This document shows positions 46,453 to 51,364 of a stretch of 51,364 nt of DNA, piece after piece. The stretch comes from a virus (Duplodnaviria > Caudoviricetes). Each line of letters starts with the position of its first letter. Positions within the stretch are counted from its first letter, which is position 1. Made by a program: the position numbers and the translations under genes. The stretch is taken from the IMG/VR virus record IMGVR_UViG_3300033487_000006, positions 1 through 51,364 of that record, one strand, 5' to 3'. The notes below the pieces were generated by a model. It did not search any database and was not told the DNA's origin. It saw nothing but the letters and a program-made list of their open reading frames with translations.

Positions 46453-47996
46453 GCCCCGGCATTTCCAGCGGCCTGCGCGTTCTCGGCTTCGTCCTCGTCG
46501 TCCTCGTCGTCTGCGGCTGGTGTTGCCGCCGGGGCCGCCGGCGCGGACTGCGCCTGGCCGCCGACGGTCGTCTTGCGCGGATCGCTGTCGAGCACGATGC
46601 CGAGCTTGTCGAGGCGACGCAGGCTCGCGGCGTACTCCGCCCAGTGCTCGTTCGGATCGTAGCCCTGCTCGCGCACCATCTCGTCGAGCGTCAGCTGGCC
46701 GTTGCGGACCATGCTCGTCGCCGCCGCCGCCTCGGCGCCAGGATCGAGCATGGGCATGGGCGGCGGCGTCCACATCGCGGGCGCGTCTTCGATCGCCTCG
46801 CCTGCCAGGAGCAGCGCCTCGATCATCCACTTCCACGCCGGCGCGCAGAACTGCGGGATCAGCATGTTCCAGCGCCAGTCGTGGACGTCGGCCATGTGCG
46901 CGTTGCGGCCCATGCGCGCGGAGCTGTAGTTGACCTGCGAGTAATCGCCGGTTAGGTCCTCGTACGTCACGCCGAGACCGGCCGCGACGCCGCGGAGGGC
47001 CGTCGCGCTGAACGACTGGTGATCGTTCGCCGCCGGCGGGTTCGCGACGGTGACCTGACGACCAGCGGGCAGGTGCAGCACCATCCCGGGCTCGAACGTA
47101 TCGATCGGCTGCTGCGTGGCCGAGTCCGTGCTCGGCTCGCCCAGCGGGGTGCCTGCGCCGTCGATGTCGGTCACGAACGCGGCCATGCACGCCGCGACCT
47201 TTTGCTTCATCAGCGTCGCATCCTCGAACTCGTCGAAGTCGTGCAGCCGGACGTCGATCGAGGCGAACCAGGAAATTCCGCGCCCCTGGCCAGCACGCTC
47301 CTGGTCGTAGACGTGCAGGATGCCGTCCGCGGGCACCCGGCGCGAGACCGCCGTCACGAGGCCCGTCCCGCCCGGGTGCTGATCGAAGAGCCAGTAGGCG
47401 ACGCGCCGGCCGATGGCGTCGTACTCGATCCCCTGCGTGATGGGCCCGCCCGCGGTGCCCATGATTCCGTCCCTGCTCGTGTCGATGTAGTCGGGCTCGA
47501 GCACCTGCAGCTGCAGCGGGATCCCGAGCCCATCTTCCGGGCGGCGGCGCCGCCGCCGGATCAGCACCTCTCCGGACTCGACGATCGTTCGCATCACCAG
47601 TCGCTGCAGTCCGTAGAACGTGAGCCGGCCCGCGGCGTCGCACTCCGTCGTCTCGCCCCACCGCTTCCACAGCTCCATCACGCGCGGGGCGCCGCCGCCG
47701 GTCGCCTTCGGACGGATGCCCCAGCCGACCGTGTTCGTGGTGATCCGACGCAGACCGCGCCGCGCCCACGGGTTGTTGCGAACGAGGTCGCGCGCCTGGG
47801 CTCGCAGGTAGGCCAGGGTCGCGCCCGAGGCGGCCGCGTTCGCGTCGGTCAAGCGGCGCGACCAGCCGCTCGTGCGCCGACCGACCGCGGCCGCCTCGAA
47901 GTGGCGGGCGAGCAGCCGCGCGCGGGCGCGCGCCATCCCCCACCGCGGGGAGATCGCGGTGATGATCCGGTCCAGCAGGCTGAGACGGGGCGTCAC
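46449..47996 (-). CDS. Lambda-family portal protein
   Basis: LRAQARDLVRNN; LQLQVLEPD; GIEYD..GR.VAY; LTGDYSQVNYSSAR. Confidence 0.95.
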   Translation of the reverse strand: MTPRLSLLDRIITAISPRWGMARARARLLARHFEAAAVGRRTSGWSRRLTDANAAASGATLAYLRAQARDLVRNNPWARRGLRRITTNTVGWGIRPKATGGGAPRVMELWKRWGETTECDAAGRLTFYGLQRLVMRTIVESGEVLIRRRRRRPEDGLGIPLQLQVLEPDYIDTSRDGIMGTAGGPITQGIEYDAIGRRVAYWLFDQHPGGTGLVTAVSRRVPADGILHVYDQERAGQGRGISWFASIDVRLHDFDEFEDATLMKQKVAACMAAFVTDIDGAGTPLGEPSTDSATQQPIDTFEPGMVLHLPAGRQVTVANPPAANDHQSFSATALRGVAAGLGVTYEDLTGDYSQVNYSSARMGRNAHMADVHDWRWNMLIPQFCAPAWKWMIEALLLAGEAIEDAPAMWTPPPMPMLDPGAEAAAATSMVRNGQLTLDEMVREQGYDPNEHWAEYAASLRRLDKLGIVLDSDPRKTTVGGQAQSAPAAPAATPAADDEDDEDEAENAQAAGNAGA

Positions 47997-47997
47997 G

Positions 47998-48219
47998 CTA
48001 CAGGCCCTTCCTGGTCGCGGCGAGCCGGTAGGCCGGGGTTGCGCCGCTCGAGGCCGTCATCGACGCAAGCAGCGAGCGGAGCTGGTCGAGGTCGGCGGCG
48101 CCGTACGCCACCGACCGCGCCGGCGGCCCGGCATACGACACGGTGGCGACGCGCGTGCCGGCGGCGAGCGCGACGATCGCCGCGCGCACCTGGTCGATCT
48201 CGTCCTGCGTCCATGCCAT
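47998..48219 (-). CDS. gpW-like head-tail joining protein
   Basis: WTQDEID...AI..G...VSY...SVAY...DQLR; between terminase and portal. Confidence 0.8.
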   Translation of the reverse strand: MAWTQDEIDQVRAAIVALAAGTRVATVSYAGPPARSVAYGAADLDQLRSLLASMTASSGATPAYRLAATRKGL

Positions 48220-48229
48220 CCAGGCCGTC

Positions 48230-48256
48230 AGGATCACGGCGGTCGTAGGCTGTCAA
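48230..48256 (-). promoter_or_regulatory. Late-promoter motif TTGACA-N15-GATCCT
   Basis: -35 box contains the terminase stop codon; 10 nt to ATG. Confidence 0.8.
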
Positions 48257-50256
48257 CGCCGGCGCCCGAGCCAGCCGCCGCCGCCCCGCGGGCGGCCGCC
48301 CCAGATGCTGGGCCTGGGCGGCGGCCGCCGCGCGGGAGCCGCGGGCGCGATCTCGCTCGCCGCCGCGGGCGCGGGCGAGCTCGTCGATCTCGACGAGGCC
48401 GGAGCCGGCGCCGCGGGCGCGGAGCTCGATCCCTTGGCCGGCAGCCGGTCGATGCCGAGCACGTTCGCCGCGGCGCGCGCGAGGATCCGTGCGTCCAGGT
48501 AGTGGTTCTCGCGATTCGGCAGGACCTGCCACTCGTGCTTCGCGCGCCGCGTGCGCCGGTTCACGACCGTCACCAGGTGCTCGGCAGTGAGCTGCTGAAA
48601 GTAGTCCTCGTCGTACTCCGGGAAGTGGCAGTATCCCGGCGGCGGATCGCCCGCGCCGCGGCGCAGCCGGAGCCAGCCGTAGAGCTCGGCCTTCGCGAGG
48701 TCGACGCCGATCGGCCAGACCTTGTAGCCGCGCTGCATCCGCCGGCCGCGCACGGTCACGTCGACCGGCGACGGCGCGCCGACCAGCGCGCGGAAGCCCG
48801 CCACGCCCTTGCACGCGATCACGCGCGTCATCGGGTGCTGGCGCGCCCAGCCGTAGACGACCTGGGTGTTGTAGCCGCTGTCCACCGCGAGCATCGCGAT
48901 CCGGTGCTCGCCGCCGGCGGCGCCGGGGAACGCGCGCCCGAGCAGCTCGTCGAGCTGCCTCCATGGACTCCCCGGCTGCGAGGCCTCCAGCGAGGTGTCG
49001 CCCCAGAGGATGCTCTTCTCGACGGAGAAGCTCTCCTTGTCGGCGCCCCACCCGACGACCTCGTACATGATCCGATCCTTCTGGACGTCAGCGCCCGCGG
49101 TCACAACGAGCACGCCGTCGGGCACGCTGCCGATCGCGTAGCTCTCGCGCCGGTCGTACAGCCGCTCCCAGTCCGGCGCCTCGCCGAGCTCCTTCCAGGT
49201 TTCGCCGAGCATCGTGTTGACGAACGTGCGGAGGGTCTCGGGCCGCTTCTTCGCCTCGAGGAACTCGGCGGCGATCTGCGCCCACGTCGCGTTGGGGGAG
49301 AGGCTGTAGGCCGCCCAGATGTGGAACGACGCGTGGCCGGTGAACGCGCCCTCCGCGCGCCACTCGCCGGCCTCGATCATCGCGCGCTTGTCCTCCTCCT
49401 CGATCGCGCAGCCGCACGCCCGGCACATGAAGCACGTCTCTTCGGGCTTGCCCTCGGGCCAGCGCATGACGTGGCCGGCGGGGGCCGCCTCCGGATCGTC
49501 GGTCTCGTCGCGCAGCCGGAACCTGAGGTAGTCCATGTGGCCGCAGTGCGGGCACGGCACGTAGTAGCGCCGCCGGTCGCCGGCGAGGAACAGCTCCTCG
49601 ATCCGCGACGAACCCGCCACGAGCGGCGTCGAGCCGGCGATGATCTTGCGGTTCCAGTAGTACTCGGCGCGCTTCTCCCCGAGCTTCACCGGATCGCCCT
49701 CGGCGCCGGCGCTCGGGGGGTACGCGTCGACCTCGTCGAAGATCACGACGCGCCGGCTCACCATGCGGAGTCCGCTGCCGCTGTTCGCGCCGACCATCGA
49801 GAGCAGGCCGCCCGGGAACGTCTTGTGCGTAGTGCTGTTGGCGCTGGACCTGACGCTCGCCTGCTTCACCAGGCCCGCGAGCGCCGGCACGTCGCGCAGC
49901 ATCGGCGCGATCTCCTCCTTGCTGTAGATCTTTGCCGTCTCCACCGTCGGCTGCACGACGAGGAGCGGGCACGGATCCGCCGCCATGAAGTAGGCGATCG
50001 CGGCGTTGATCCCCTTCGTGTAGCCGACGCGCGCGCTCTTGATCATCGACACGCGCTCGACGGCGGGATCCGTGATCGCGTCGAGGACGCCGCGCTGGTA
50101 CGGCAGCGTCCGCCAGCGGCCCGGATCCGCCGAGCTCTCGGCCGAAAGCCGGAAGTGGCGGTCGGCCCACTGGGAGAGCGACAGCTTGGGCGGCGGGCGC
50201 AGCGCAGCCCACGCGCTGTCGAGCCAGCTACTCGCCGCGGTCGCCGCCGCCACCAC
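48253..50256 (-). CDS. terL: Terminase large subunit, lambda GpA family
   Basis: KSARVGYT, VIFDEVDAYP...EGDP, GSTP, YYVPCPHCG, AGADVQ, AVDSG, QLTAE. Confidence 0.96.
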   Translation of the reverse strand: MVAAATAASSWLDSAWAALRPPPKLSLSQWADRHFRLSAESSADPGRWRTLPYQRGVLDAITDPAVERVSMIKSARVGYTKGINAAIAYFMAADPCPLLVVQPTVETAKIYSKEEIAPMLRDVPALAGLVKQASVRSSANSTTHKTFPGGLLSMVGANSGSGLRMVSRRVVIFDEVDAYPPSAGAEGDPVKLGEKRAEYYWNRKIIAGSTPLVAGSSRIEELFLAGDRRRYYVPCPHCGHMDYLRFRLRDETDDPEAAPAGHVMRWPEGKPEETCFMCRACGCAIEEEDKRAMIEAGEWRAEGAFTGHASFHIWAAYSLSPNATWAQIAAEFLEAKKRPETLRTFVNTMLGETWKELGEAPDWERLYDRRESYAIGSVPDGVLVVTAGADVQKDRIMYEVVGWGADKESFSVEKSILWGDTSLEASQPGSPWRQLDELLGRAFPGAAGGEHRIAMLAVDSGYNTQVVYGWARQHPMTRVIACKGVAGFRALVGAPSPVDVTVRGRRMQRGYKVWPIGVDLAKAELYGWLRLRRGAGDPPPGYCHFPEYDEDYFQQLTAEHLVTVVNRRTRRAKHEWQVLPNRENHYLDARILARAAANVLGIDRLPAKGSSSAPAAPAPASSRSTSSPAPAAASEIAPAAPARRPPPRPSIWGGRPRGGGGWLGRRR

Positions 50257-50764
50257 GACTGGCGAGCTCCTCCAGCGCTTCGCGGATCAGCTCGTCAACC
50301 ACCGGAACGACCTCGGCCGCGACGTGGGGCAGTCGCTGCCCCACGCGCGAGGGGACCGCGAGCAGCCGCGTCTTGACCAGCGAGAACGCCGCGATCACGT
50401 CATTGCGCGCGGCCTCGGCGGGCACGAGCTCGCCGCGCCGCTCGGCCAGCTCGAGCTCGGCGAGCTCGGCCTGGGCGGTCTCGCGGCGCGCCGCCGCCGC
50501 TTCGCGGAGCGCGCGGCTCGCGTGGTAGTCGGCCGGGCCGGGCGCCGCGCCCGGCGCCGGCGCGGGCGCGGCGGGCATGTGGTCAACGCGGGGCTGGGTG
50601 TTCGCGTCCCACTCGCGATCGGCGAGCTCGGGGTCCGCGATCTTCGGCGCGCCGCGGACGCGGGTCACCGAGTCGCGCAGGCGACCGTCCGTGACCGCCT
50701 TGCTCACCGCGGGCGTCGATACGCCACGGCGCCGCCCGTACGCGGCCAACGACATCGGCTTCAT
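50228..50764 (-). CDS. terS: Terminase small subunit (Nu1-like)
   Basis: N-terminal HTH; AELAELELAERRGELV...LLAVPSR coiled coil; overlaps terL. Confidence 0.88.
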   Translation of the reverse strand: MKPMSLAAYGRRRGVSTPAVSKAVTDGRLRDSVTRVRGAPKIADPELADREWDANTQPRVDHMPAAPAPAPGAAPGPADYHASRALREAAAARRETAQAELAELELAERRGELVPAEAARNDVIAAFSLVKTRLLAVPSRVGQRLPHVAAEVVPVVDELIREALEELASRGGGGDRGE

Positions 50765-51264
50765 AGCCGGATGGCCTCCGCCACGAGCGCCGCGATCGCC
50801 TCGCGTACCTCTGGAGTGTCGGCGAACCACTCTCCCCTGATGCGATGCTCCTCGAGACGAAGATGGATCTTCGCCTCGAGGTCGTACCCTCCGGCGACGC
50901 ACGCGACCACGTCGAGCCTGAACGGCGAGGCGCATTGCAGCGCCTCCAGCCGCTTGGCCAGGTTGACGGCGACGCCGATCTTGATCGGGCCAGCCGCGCA
51001 CCGGATGAAGTAGACCACCTGGCCTACGCGTTCGCCGGGAAGTCTCGCTTGCCCCGGGTCACCCATTGCGCGTGGATGATCGGCCCTTGGTCTGGTGTTC
51101 GCGTCCCACTCGCGATCGGCGAGACCATGGTCTCGGATCTTCGGCTGACCGTTGACGACAACCACCGAGTCGCGTAGCCGCCCGGCGGCGATCGCCTTGC
51201 TCACGGCCTCGGCCGAGACCCCTCGACGACGCGCGTAGGAACGGAGCGACAGCACCTTGGCCAT
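50761..51264 (-). CDS. TerS-type HTH domain fused to GIY-YIG (T5orf172/MUG113-like) nuclease
   Basis: N-terminus 41/58 identical to TerS; VYFI...IKIG....KRL..LQ...E..IH.....RIRGEWF. Confidence 0.85.
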   Translation of the reverse strand: MAKVLSLRSYARRRGVSAEAVSKAIAAGRLRDSVVVVNGQPKIRDHGLADREWDANTRPRADHPRAMGDPGQARLPGERVGQVVYFIRCAAGPIKIGVAVNLAKRLEALQCASPFRLDVVACVAGGYDLEAKIHLRLEEHRIRGEWFADTPEVREAIAALVAEAIRL

Positions 51265-51273
51265 GACCCCAGC

Positions 51274-51300
51274 ACGATCACGTGCCGGCCCCGTCGTCCA
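51274..51300 (-). promoter_or_regulatory. Degenerate late-promoter motif TGGACG-N15-GATCGT
   Basis: 9 nt upstream of first late gene. Confidence 0.55.
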
Positions 51301-51301
51301 G

Positions 51302-51328
51302 CGTTAACCGTTAACCTAAGCCGTCAAC
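51302..51328 (-). repeat. Three GTTRACG repeats (cosB/R-site candidates)
   Basis: CGTTAAC at 51302 and 51309, CGTCAAC at 51322, just inside the cohesive end. Confidence 0.5.
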
Positions 51329-51352
51329 GCGATCGACTAGCGAGAAGCCGCG

Positions 51353-51364
51353 CCGTTCCTCACC
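51353..51364 (-). repeat. Terminal direct repeat, putative cohesive end, right copy
   Basis: Identical to 1-12; followed on minus strand by CGCGGCTTCTCGCTA. Confidence 0.9.

Overview
The window is best read as one complete, very GC-rich temperate phage genome in linear virion form. The first and last 12 bp are identical, and on the minus strand they sit in a lambda-like cos context: cosQ GGGTCCT at lambda spacing, TACG before the 12-mer, and CGCGG-TT-TCGCTA after it. A cro/cI-like switch with repeated 15-bp operators (~10.9-11.84 kb) separates two early operons. The leftward operon carries a replication initiator, split DnaB, adenine MTase, Mom-like enzyme, NDT-like and VRR-NUC proteins and a displaced gpZ-like gene. 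The rightward operon carries a sigma-region-4 protein with a nested HNH, a RecT-like protein, a PD-(D/E)XK nuclease, ParB, DUF5131, a C5 MTase and a large serine integrase. The minus-strand late region (51.3 to 25.1 kb) joins a lambda-like head to a Mu-like contractile tail and ends in unassigned membrane and lipoprotein genes, with no recognisable endolysin. The main observations are an HNH gene nested out of frame inside an unbroken regulator ORF, a TerS DNA-binding domain duplicated onto a GIY-YIG nuclease next to cos, a probable attP inside the integrase 3' end, and eight copies of a fixed-spacing late-promoter motif. A myxobacterial host is only an inference. All functional calls come from motif recognition by eye; no searches were run.
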